From positions 1 through 35,633 of the forward strand of contig JAHHIM010000040.1 of NCBI GenBank assembly GCA_019358915.1: a stretch of 35,633 bases of DNA, in the 5' to 3' direction. This DNA is from Trichormus sp. ATA11-4-KO1 (lineage in GTDB: Bacteria; Cyanobacteriota; Cyanobacteriia; Cyanobacteriales; Nostocaceae). The position numbers and the translations under genes were made by a program. The notes beneath the pieces are model-generated. The model was not told the origin of the DNA and ran no database searches. It saw only the letters and a list, made by a program, of their open reading frames with translations. The number at the start of each line of letters is the position of its first letter. Position 1 is the first letter of the stretch. Below are positions 27,339 to 35,633 of the stretch, piece by piece.

Positions 27339-29577
27339 CTAATGTAAATTAAATAGATTGAGACTGGACTGAACAATGGACTGACTGAGTAGAACTTCTA
27401 AATCATTTTTTACCAGTTCAAGTTCTTGACGCTTTTGATAAATCAACTCTTTTTCAGCTTCGCGTTGTTCCAGAGTTTCTTGATGAGCTTTTTCCTGCTG
27501 TTCCAGAAGGTTTTCATAAAGTGCGAGCGCTTGCTCAATTACTCCACTTGCTGATTCAACGCGGCTTTTAAACACGGTAATAATTATTTGTTCTAATTTC
27601 TCATAAACTTTGTCTATTGATTCATCTAATTTTTCAAAGCCTATTTCAAAAACTTTCACTTTAATTTGGTCGTTTAATCCATCTAGGTCTAGCAGTCCCA
27701 ATCCAAAGGAACCAGCAATTGCAGCAGCAACACTAGCAACAACAATTGCTATAAATCCCATTCCTGTAAATATTAGTAATCCAGCCGCTAAAGTACCACC
27801 TATTCCTACTCCTCCGCCTATTCCTCCTAAACCCATAAATTCATCATTGATACCTGTAATAGAAAAATTTATGCGTTCACTAAATTTTGTATTAACTTGT
27901 TCATCTAAGCGCTGAAAATCTCCTTGAATTGCTTCTAGCTCATAAGCAATATGTGTATCTAAAGAATCAATACCTTCTTTGATAATTTTATCTTTGAGTA
28001 TTTGATTACCCCATTCATCTATTTCGTTTGATAAATCTCTCATAAATTGATTAGTATAATCTTTAATCAGCTTATCTTGACTCAAAACTAAATTATGAGC
28101 CGAATACCAGTGGTTACTTTTTTCAGCCATTTTATCAAATAATTCTTCACGCCACTCATCCCAAGATTTAGCAGCTTCATCATACACATCTTCTGCCAAA
28201 TCAGATGCCAATATACGTATTCTGGCATCTCTTCCACTTGCTTCTCCCATCTTTTCTAAAATCTCTAGCTTTTCTGCATCAGAGATTTGAATTTTTCCGT
28301 TTAAAGTATTTTCAGCTTGAGATAAACCATTGAAACATTTGTGAATAATTTTATTAATTTGACTAATAGAAGATTCAATTTTTACTCTGCCACTTTCAAC
28401 TGTGAGAAACTGTTCAAGAGAAGAAGTAAAATTTTGGAAGCTTTGCAAATATTCATTTTCTACTCCCTGTAAAATGGCGTCTAGTGTAGCTTGAGCAGAA
28501 ATTAAGTGAACACGGTTGTCACCTGTAATTAAAGGATTTTGACCCAAGACAAAGTTTTCAATTCTCTGTCTTACTTGTTCACGACCTTTTTTACTACGTA
28601 CTACATCGATAAAATTGCCCACTACAAAAAGATTATTGACAGGTTCATTTCCTTGATAATGATTTAATTGAGTTTTTATATCCTGAAGTAATTCACGCTC
28701 TAATTGAGTTAAAGAACGTGAAGCATTAGTAAGAAAAATTACTGCATCAGTATCTTTAAGCAATCTTTGTGTAACTGTAGTCCGGTCGGGGTGTTCATTT
28801 AAACCTGGAGAATCTATGATTTCTACTCCACTACTACATAACTCTAAATCAGGATGCTCAAAAACAATTTCTGCAATTTCCGAATTTGCTAATTCATCAC
28901 TAAGACAATTTATTGCTGCTTCGAAATTTTTGTAATTCTTGGTAACTTATATCTTTGTGTTGTTGATTAATTTTAGGTTCTGGTTTAACAGGTAAAGTCT
29001 TGAGAATATCGCTGGCTGTTTTGACAAATATCGTATCTATTTCTTGGAAACGAGAAGGGTCAAGTAAAAAATGCACTTCATTGACAGCAGTAAGTTCTAC
29101 ATTTCCATGATGAGTAAATCCAGTTTCTAAAACTGCTAAGTGTTGTAGATTAATCCCTAACTGCTTAGCAACTATTTGTAAATACTTTTTCTCACGGGAA
29201 TCCATGTCTCCATCTGCGGCTGATATTTCATAACCAAAGTTGATTAACAACAATCTTTCTGATTCGGAAAGTGGAGCCGCAAGTGTCAATAAGTCATTAG
29301 CTTTTTGATAAACTTGATTTTCTTTTACACCCTTAATCATTAAATGTGTTAATCGACGCACATCACTGTCTGGAAGGCTAAATCGATAAACAATGGTCAG
29401 TAACCTTTGCTTTTCCGACTCAGCTACTTTGCCATCTACAAATATCACACCCAGCAATACTGTGACTAAATTGGCTAAAAATATTACAAGCGGTGTGATA
29501 TCTCGTTGACTCAGTTTTTGTCCTGTAATGCGCGACAATAATTCAACAATCTGAGCGCCAATCTTTGAAGTGTCCAT
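27339..29577 (-). pseudogene. TerB-domain / bacterial dynamin-like protein fusion, split by a frameshifting deletion of the G1-G2 region
   Basis: 29577-28900: TerB-like motifs (VDGKVAESEK; AADGDMDSREK). From ~28923 a different frame reads EAAINCLSDEL...SGVEIIDSPGLNE..RT...DAVIFL...LFVVGNFID (dynamin G3/G4), then a helical trunk and a Gly-rich hydrophobic paddle. No GxxxxGKS P-loop is present. Confidence 0.8.
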
Positions 29578-29719
29578 ATTGCGAGCCGATAAGGTTTTCC
29601 AGTTTTAGTATGCCCTAGTTTTACTAAAATTTACTTATTTACCGAATAAATACGGTTATTTTTTTGACTTTAAATTAGTTAGGCTCAAAAAAATTAGCTT
29701 TTAGCAATGCAGAAGAAAT

Positions 29720-31015
29720 ATGCTGTTCCAATTTGCCCCTGCAATTCAAGCTGGTATTGAGACTGGTAAATATCTTCAAGTTTTGAGCAATGGAATACCA
29801 ATCAGTATGGCTAGAGATACAGCTACGGGACAGTTTGTTGCTCATGCGATTGGTGCGACAGTCAACAACAGCCCTTTATCACCCCTGGTAGTTGCTCCTA
29901 ATTTGGTGATGAATGGGATGCAAATGTATCAAAACCATCAAGGCTTTACAGATGTACTCAATAGTCTGCAAACTTTACAAACTAGCTTGGGAGTGTTGCA
30001 AGCCACAACAGCTTTAATTGGTGTGGGAACAGTTGCAGGTGTAGCACTAACAGCAGTCAATCTACATCAGACACTTAAGCTGAGAAAAGAAGTAGAACAA
30101 ATGCGGCTGGAAGTCAAAAATGGTTTTATTGACTTGAAACAAGCTTTAAAAGACCAAGGAGCAGAAATTAGACAATTAATTGAAGAAGTAGCCCAAGATA
30201 TCAAATTTGAACAACATCGCACTGTTTTAATTCGGGCGTATGGGTTGTTTATCCAGGCGATGAACCGCTTTCGTTCAGCGATGCAATTACAGGATATCAG
30301 CCGGAGAAACGCTGAGATTGATGGTGTGAGGGGAATGTTATTTGAGGCTTTAGCCGATTACACTAATCCTCATTTGTTATCAGAAACTTGTGCAGCTGGA
30401 CAACTCCGCCGACTGGAATGTGCTTGGACAATTGAACAGGGAATTGTGGCGACATATCAAGCCCAAAACGAAATGTCAGCCATTAGCGATAGACTTTACC
30501 ATCTGCAAAATACCATCAGTGAAAATGCTTGTATGGTAATTGATTCATGCGAATCATGCGATGAACTTGATTTTCTTTTCCCTGAAATCAGCCGGATTCG
30601 TAACCACGATTTAGCTGCTGTGGAAACATGGCATCATCAAGTTGACTGGATGCGAACGCTATCTCCATCAGAGGTTAAACTCTTAAATAGCGCTGATTTC
30701 AATACTTCAGAATTTAACGACACCCCGGACACCAACGCAGCCACAATCGCTTTAGTACCACCAGAACAACTAACGTATGAAAATTTAAGTGAAAAATCTC
30801 ACTTTGCTTCTCTGCGTGACCAGTTACTATTTATATTTAAGCCAGCGCTACGTAAAGACTATGAAGCCTACGTAAATCAAAAAGCTGGTGTTGCTGGTTA
30901 CAGAACATTAGTTCCTCAGAATTTACAGCAAGCTTCTGATTTAACGGTTGCTAATCTTTATTACTACTTCAAGATTCGAGATGAATCGGAAGTTAAGCAA
31001 GAACAAGCAGTGTAG
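29720..31015 (+). CDS. Hypothetical helical protein with a hydrophobic segment followed by a coiled coil
   Basis: 431-aa ORF; LGVLQATTALIGVGTVAGVALTAVNL followed by LKLRKEVEQMRLEVKNGFIDLKQALKDQ... Confidence 0.8.
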   Translation: MLFQFAPAIQAGIETGKYLQVLSNGIPISMARDTATGQFVAHAIGATVNNSPLSPLVVAPNLVMNGMQMYQNHQGFTDVLNSLQTLQTSLGVLQATTALIGVGTVAGVALTAVNLHQTLKLRKEVEQMRLEVKNGFIDLKQALKDQGAEIRQLIEEVAQDIKFEQHRTVLIRAYGLFIQAMNRFRSAMQLQDISRRNAEIDGVRGMLFEALADYTNPHLLSETCAAGQLRRLECAWTIEQGIVATYQAQNEMSAISDRLYHLQNTISENACMVIDSCESCDELDFLFPEISRIRNHDLAAVETWHHQVDWMRTLSPSEVKLLNSADFNTSEFNDTPDTNAATIALVPPEQLTYENLSEKSHFASLRDQLLFIFKPALRKDYEAYVNQKAGVAGYRTLVPQNLQQASDLTVANLYYYFKIRDESEVKQEQAV

Positions 31016-31097
31016 GTTATAACAACAAAGCAGTATCTAGTTTCTCAATCACAAAATTCTGAAGTACAAGAAATTCATCTTCTCTAATTAACTAAAT

Positions 31098-31709
31098 ATG
31101 GGCGTATTTAACAAAATTACAACAACGTTTCAGGAGTCTAGACAATTTATCAAGAAAAGTCTAGAAGAATACATTATGTTTAGCTCAGAAGCTAAACAAT
31201 TGACTTTGAAAAGAAAAATGGTTTTACTTCTATGTCAAAAAGCTATATCTAGAGTTGAGCAATTAAAAAATTTGGAACCAGACTCTGAGGAAGGACTGAT
31301 TGCGACAATAGAGTATAATAAAATCCAAGTGCGATTACATTTTTCTCCTGAAAAAATTACTCTTAATGAAGATTGTATTAAAGGTGAACTTCGCTTATTA
31401 AATCCCCCTCAATTCGATACAGAATCAATAGTTTACCGTTACCTAATTGCAGGTTGGAAAACATTTTTGGGATGTAAAATACCCAATGGTACTTTACCAA
31501 AAGAAGTGAGAATTGAAAACAATAAGGTTTACTATACTCTTCCTCGAAATCAGTTACAGCTTTTAGATTCCCTTTTCCATAATCTTGAAACTGGTTCGGC
31601 GTTGATAACTAACCTTAAACAAGGGGATTTAACTATTGAAACTTCAGTAGCTTTGAGTTGGAAGAATTTCAAACTTCAAAATCTGCTTCAACTTCTGAAT
31701 ATCAAATAG
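31098..31709 (+). CDS. Hypothetical protein (203 aa)
   Basis: Long ORF in AT-rich DNA, co-oriented 82 bp after the 431-aa gene; no motif recognised. Confidence 0.72.
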   Translation: MGVFNKITTTFQESRQFIKKSLEEYIMFSSEAKQLTLKRKMVLLLCQKAISRVEQLKNLEPDSEEGLIATIEYNKIQVRLHFSPEKITLNEDCIKGELRLLNPPQFDTESIVYRYLIAGWKTFLGCKIPNGTLPKEVRIENNKVYYTLPRNQLQLLDSLFHNLETGSALITNLKQGDLTIETSVALSWKNFKLQNLLQLLNIK

Positions 31710-31805
31710 GCATAAAAAGAGAAAAAGAATTATTATTCTTTTTAATAAAAGTCACACTTCTCAATATGTCTGGCACGGTTGCACTTGGAAAATTATGTTT
31801 TGTAT

Positions 31806-32951
31806 CTATGAACTACAGCGTGGATCTCTTAATGTAGCCTTTTGCGGTTGTCGTGGGAACCAAGCAGCTGTGCGTTTACAAAATTCAACTAGCATCAACA
31901 TTACTGGTACTTCGATTAAAACACCTACCACTGTAGCCAGCGCTGCACCCGAATTTAACCCGAACAATATCACAGCCGTAGCGATCGCCACTTCAAAATG
32001 ATTACTGGCTCCAATTAATGCTGCGGGTGCGGCATCTTCATAAGATATATTCAGCTTTAATGCTGCCACATAACTAATCAAAAAAATGAAATTAGTTTGA
32101 ATGAATAGTGGTACAGCAATTAACAAAATGTGTAAGGGATTGTTAACAATCAATTCACCCTTAAACGCAAACAGCAAAACTAAAGTAATTAACAGCGCAG
32201 TAATTGCAACTGGACTGAGATACTTTAAAAATCTCCTTTCAAACCACTCTTTACCTTTGTGTTGGAAAATCCAGTAACGGCTATACATTCCGGCCACCAA
32301 GGGCAATCCAACATAAATTAGCACTGATAAAACAATCGTTTGCCACGGTACTGTTAAATCATTGGCTGCTAGTAACCACCTTCCTAAGGGTGCATAAAGG
32401 AACAACATCATCAGAGAATTCACAGCCACCATTACCAGAGTGTGACCTTGATTACCATAGGAAAGATATCCCCACAGCAGTACCATGGCAGTACAAGGAG
32501 CGATTCCTAATAAAATTGTCCCAGCAATGTAGGAATTAGCGATCGCAATTTCGTTACCACGAATTAATTCTGTACCTGTAATTAACGGACGAAATAACCA
32601 ACCCAAGAAAAACTGCGCAAATACCACCATCGTGAAAGGTTTAATCAACCAATTAACCACCAAGGTGAGAATTACAGGTTTGGGGGCGCGCACAGCATTG
32701 ACAGCTTGAGTGAAATCAATCTTCACCATGATGGGGTACATCATGAAAAACAGGCACACCGCAATAGGAATTGACACTTGATAAACACTCATTGCATCCA
32801 GTGTCACCGCTATCTCTGGAAATAGTCTCCCCAGTGCAATACCCGCCAAGATACACAAAAACACCCAAACTGTAAGGTATCTTTCAAAAAAACTCAAATT
32901 ACTTCCCGCTTGTACTGGGGTTGTGTTGGCATTTGTACTCATTGATATCAC
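31806..32951 (-). CDS. acr3: Acr3 family arsenite efflux transporter
   Basis: [33 protein letters not shown] (conserved Cys), [19 protein letters not shown]. Confidence 0.96.
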   Translation of the reverse strand: MISMSTNANTTPVQAGSNLSFFERYLTVWVFLCILAGIALGRLFPEIAVTLDAMSVYQVSIPIAVCLFFMMYPIMVKIDFTQAVNAVRAPKPVILTLVVNWLIKPFTMVVFAQFFLGWLFRPLITGTELIRGNEIAIANSYIAGTILLGIAPCTAMVLLWGYLSYGNQGHTLVMVAVNSLMMLFLYAPLGRWLLAANDLTVPWQTIVLSVLIYVGLPLVAGMYSRYWIFQHKGKEWFERRFLKYLSPVAITALLITLVLLFAFKGELIVNNPLHILLIAVPLFIQTNFIFLISYVAALKLNISYEDAAPAALIGASNHFEVAIATAVILFGLNSGAALATVVGVLIEVPVMLMLVEFCKRTAAWFPRQPQKATLRDPRCSS

Positions 32952-32995
32952 CTTGAATTGGGGATTGGGTGTGGCGTGTCTCCTCTTAAATCCCT

Positions 32996-34258
32996 CTACT
33001 CCCCACCTTCACCCTTCCATGCGATCGCTTTAGCAGGTTTGGGGTCAGGTAGTTTTAGAGAAACTAGTCCGGCTGCTAGTACTAACAATGTAGATGTCCA
33101 CAGACAACCTACTAAGTCGAAATATTGAAAAACTAATCCTGATAAGACTGTGCCAGCTAAACGACCACCAGAGTTAGCCATGTAGTAGAAACCAACGTTT
33201 AGCGCGACTTTATCGTCATCGGTGAAGGCTAAGACTAGATAAGAGTGAACTGCTGAATTGAAGGCGAATACTACACCAAATAACATTAGTCCGCCAACGA
33301 TCGCTATATTGCCAGGTACACCCAATTGCAAAGCCAAGGCGATCGCGGCGGGAACGATTGTCAGGGTAAATGTCCAAAACTGGATAGTCTTTGATTTGGG
33401 CGGTTGACCAGAACCAAATCGCTGGATCAACATTGGCGCTAAGAACTGAATAATGCCATAACCAATTACCCAACAAGCTAAAAAGCCACCAACTTGATAA
33501 AACGACCAGCCCAAAGTCCCACGCAAGAACACTGGCAATCCCACAACAAACCAAACGTCTCGCGAACCAAAGAGAAAGAATCGCGCAGCTGAGAGAATAT
33601 TAATTTCTCTGCTTTTAGAAAACAGTTGACTAAACTTGACTTTCGTCTTGATTTTGCCCATGCCTTTAGGCAACATGAACCCAGTGAACATAATCAAGAA
33701 CAATCCTCCTGCCATAATCCACAGGGCATTGATAAAGCCAACGGCAGCCAAAAGGACGCTACCGACAAAGAAACCAACTCCTTTGAGGGCATTCTTAGAA
33801 CCGGTTAAAACTGCCACCCATTTAAACAAAGATGATTGAGCTTCTTGGGGAACAACCAAGCGAATGGCACTCTTAGAACTCATTTTTGTTAAGTCTTTGG
33901 CAACGCCAGAAAAGGCTTGTGCCACCATCACATAACCAACAGCCATCCACTCTGCCCAATCTGGATTCAGCCATGACAGCATCACCATCGAGAAAACTTG
34001 TAACCCAATGCCTGCGTAAAGGGTTATTTTTAATCCGAATTGCGAACCAATCCAACCGCCTAAAAAGTTGGTAACAACTCCAAAGATTTCATAAAACAGG
34101 AACAGAGAGGCAATTTGTAATGGGGTGTAACCAATATTATCGAAGTAGAGCAGTACCAGCATTCGCAAGGCACCGTCCGTGATGGTAAAACCCCAGTAGG
34201 CCAGAGTGACAAGAGTATAGTTCTTGAGATTAGCGCGAGAAGCTGTAGAAGAAGTCAT
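32996..34258 (-). CDS. arsJ: ArsJ organoarsenical efflux MFS permease
   Basis: [58 protein letters not shown]; lies immediately downstream of a GAPDH gene. Confidence 0.93.
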   Translation of the reverse strand: MTSSTASRANLKNYTLVTLAYWGFTITDGALRMLVLLYFDNIGYTPLQIASLFLFYEIFGVVTNFLGGWIGSQFGLKITLYAGIGLQVFSMVMLSWLNPDWAEWMAVGYVMVAQAFSGVAKDLTKMSSKSAIRLVVPQEAQSSLFKWVAVLTGSKNALKGVGFFVGSVLLAAVGFINALWIMAGGLFLIMFTGFMLPKGMGKIKTKVKFSQLFSKSREINILSAARFFLFGSRDVWFVVGLPVFLRGTLGWSFYQVGGFLACWVIGYGIIQFLAPMLIQRFGSGQPPKSKTIQFWTFTLTIVPAAIALALQLGVPGNIAIVGGLMLFGVVFAFNSAVHSYLVLAFTDDDKVALNVGFYYMANSGGRLAGTVLSGLVFQYFDLVGCLWTSTLLVLAAGLVSLKLPDPKPAKAIAWKGEGGE

Positions 34259-34291
34259 GGTTTAGAGTGCTGAGTGCCTTTCTAAGTGCTG

Positions 34292-34339
34292 AGTGCTGAG
34301 TGCGCTTGCCCTGAGCGAAGTCGAAGGGGAGTGCTGAGT
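34292..34339 (-). repeat. Small dispersed repeat in a CACTCAG array (copy 2), between gap3 and arsJ
   Basis: Reverse complement is 47/48 identical to 17037-17084; further GTGCTGA units extend to ~34266. Confidence 0.88.
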
Positions 34340-34370
34340 AAAAGCCAAAAACCTAAACAATGACCAATGA

Positions 34371-35381
34371 TTAATGACTCAACGAAACTTTACGGGCGAG
34401 TTCAACCATGCGGTTGGCATAGCCCCATTCGTTGTCATACCAAGCAAGTATTTTGACTTGGGTTTCGTTCACCACCATTGTGGAGAGGGCATCAATGATG
34501 GAGGAGCGCGGGTCGTCTTTGTAGTCGATAGATACTAAAGGACGCTCTTCGTAGCCTAAGATTCCTTGAAGTGGTTCTTGTTCAGAAGCGGCTTTTAATA
34601 AACTATTGATTTCTTCTACTGTGGTGGGTCGCACGACTTCAAACACACAGTCTGTTAAAGAAGCGTTGAGTAATGGCACTCGTACAGCTAAACCGTTGAG
34701 TTTGCCGTTGAGTTCGGGATAAATTAGCCCAATCGCTGTTGCTGATCCTGTGGTTGTAGGAATTAAAGATAAGCTGGTAGCCCGCGCCCGACGCAAATCT
34801 TTATGGGGCGCATCGACAATAGTTTGAGTGTTGGTGTTGTCATGGATAGTGGTAATAATTCCATGCTTAATCCCCAAACCTTCATGAATTACCTTGACTA
34901 CAGGGGCTAAACAGTTGGTTGTACATGAGGCTGAAGTCAGAAGATGATGCTTGTCTGGCTCATAGAGATGGTCATTCACCCCCATGACAATATTTAAGGC
35001 TTCTTCCTTAACAGGAGCGGCCACAATTACCTTTTGTACCCCTCTTTTGAAATAAGGATCGAGGGTGGCAGGTGTTCGGAATTTACCGGAACATTCTAGT
35101 ACTAAGTCAACACCAAATTCTTCCCAAGGCACTTCACCTGGTTTGCCATATTCACTGAAGCTGAGAGGTTTACCATCAATCAGGACTCTCTCGCCTTCAG
35201 CTTCTACTTCTGGTGTCCAACGTCCGTGGACAGAATCAAACTTCAACAAGTGTGCAGCTGTGACAGCCCCACCTTTAATTTCGTTGATATGGACAAACTC
35301 TAATTCTGGCCAACCCCACGCAGCGCGCAAGGCTAACCGTCCAATGCGACCGAATCCATTGATGCCTACACGAACTGTCAT
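34371..35381 (-). CDS. gap3: ArsJ-associated glyceraldehyde-3-phosphate dehydrogenase (cyanobacterial Gap3 type)
   Basis: [20 protein letters not shown], variant [18 protein letters not shown]; upstream of arsJ-acr3. Confidence 0.9.
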   Translation of the reverse strand: MTVRVGINGFGRIGRLALRAAWGWPELEFVHINEIKGGAVTAAHLLKFDSVHGRWTPEVEAEGERVLIDGKPLSFSEYGKPGEVPWEEFGVDLVLECSGKFRTPATLDPYFKRGVQKVIVAAPVKEEALNIVMGVNDHLYEPDKHHLLTSASCTTNCLAPVVKVIHEGLGIKHGIITTIHDNTNTQTIVDAPHKDLRRARATSLSLIPTTTGSATAIGLIYPELNGKLNGLAVRVPLLNASLTDCVFEVVRPTTVEEINSLLKAASEQEPLQGILGYEERPLVSIDYKDDPRSSIIDALSTMVVNETQVKILAWYDNEWGYANRMVELARKVSLSH

Positions 35382-35421
35382 TGACTTATTGGGGTGATAT
35401 GCAAAAGTATGTTTATATCAT

Positions 35422-35490
35422 TTCAAAAAAAATTGATATGTCAATCACTATGAGGCGACTATACATAAAAATTCATCAAAAAAAGTTGAT
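35422..35490. promoter_or_regulatory. Two ATCAA-N6-TTGAT ArsR-type operators upstream of gap3-arsJ-acr3
   Basis: TTCAA-aaaaaa-TTGAT (35422-35437) and ATCAA-aaaaag-TTGAT (35475-35490); this matches the operator pattern described for Synechocystis arsBHC. Confidence 0.75.
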
Positions 35491-35633
35491 GTATTAGGAA
35501 GGCTTATAACCCACCTTCCGCACCCCCAAGTGTCACAAACGGAAATTACTGAGAGAAAAAAAGCAAGCAGGAATAAAAACAGACATATTTAGAAAAAAAA
35601 GGGGTTTGAGCAGCCATGAATCACCACAAAAGG

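Larger units (their letters stand above)
1356..33346. repeat. HIP1 octamer GCGATCGC dispersed through the window (about 28 copies)
   Basis: Seen near 1356, 2334, 2793, 2949, 5537, 6414, 6457, 6507, 7716, 9965, 12049, 18181, 20283, 25276, 31981, 33021 and others. None seen between ~25284 and 31980. Counted by eye. Confidence 0.9.

Noticed and set aside
28915..28935. Programmed frameshift joining the TerB and dynamin ORFs at CAAAAATTTCGA
   Set aside because: The required shift is +1 rather than the usual -1, and the product would still lack the P-loop. Deletion explains it better.
864..35397. Numerous short antisense or off-frame ORFs in the track (e.g. 1932-2423, 6615-6932, 14563-14922, 27610-27915, 33216-33554, 35065-35397)
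   Set aside because: They lie within well-supported genes and show no recognisable motifs; treated as shadow ORFs.
35616..35633. Possible start of a divergent gene (MNHHKR...)
   Set aside because: Only six codons are visible, so it cannot be supported.

Overview
Chromosomal window from a heterocyst-forming cyanobacterium (Nostocales-like). Support: psbA 5' end, about 28 HIP1 GCGATCGC octamers counted by eye, STRR-type 7-8 nt tandem repeats, and cyanobacterial rpoZ, glgC and DUF3370 genes. The first ~24 kb is mostly housekeeping and stress genes: hinT, Uma2 nuclease, comM, an OmpR-type regulator, rhodanese, an RNase D-like nuclease, trpB, yciH, yqaE/Pmp3, rpoZ, fasciclin, a GH13 amylase, an S8 protease, glgC, a DnaJ-class protein, a prmA-like gene, hisH and rsmD. 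The last ~9 kb is an arsenic island (gap3-arsJ-acr3 ... arsR/arsI). It is split by a HIP1-free cassette with a deleted TerB-dynamin gene and two divergent unknown genes. Most notable observations: (1) a cytoplasmic subtilase followed by a free-standing copy of its own prodomain, a candidate protease/inhibitor pair; (2) the TerB-dynamin plus putative membrane-inserting protein cassette; (3) a 174-bp MITE with a TTAT target duplication interrupting a GNAT gene; (4) a Uma2 gene bracketed by a degenerate 59-bp duplication of the hinT 5' end; (5) several deletion scars; (6) a shared palindromic promoter motif and two distinct ArsR-type operator families. Family assignments come from motif recognition by eye; no database searches were run.
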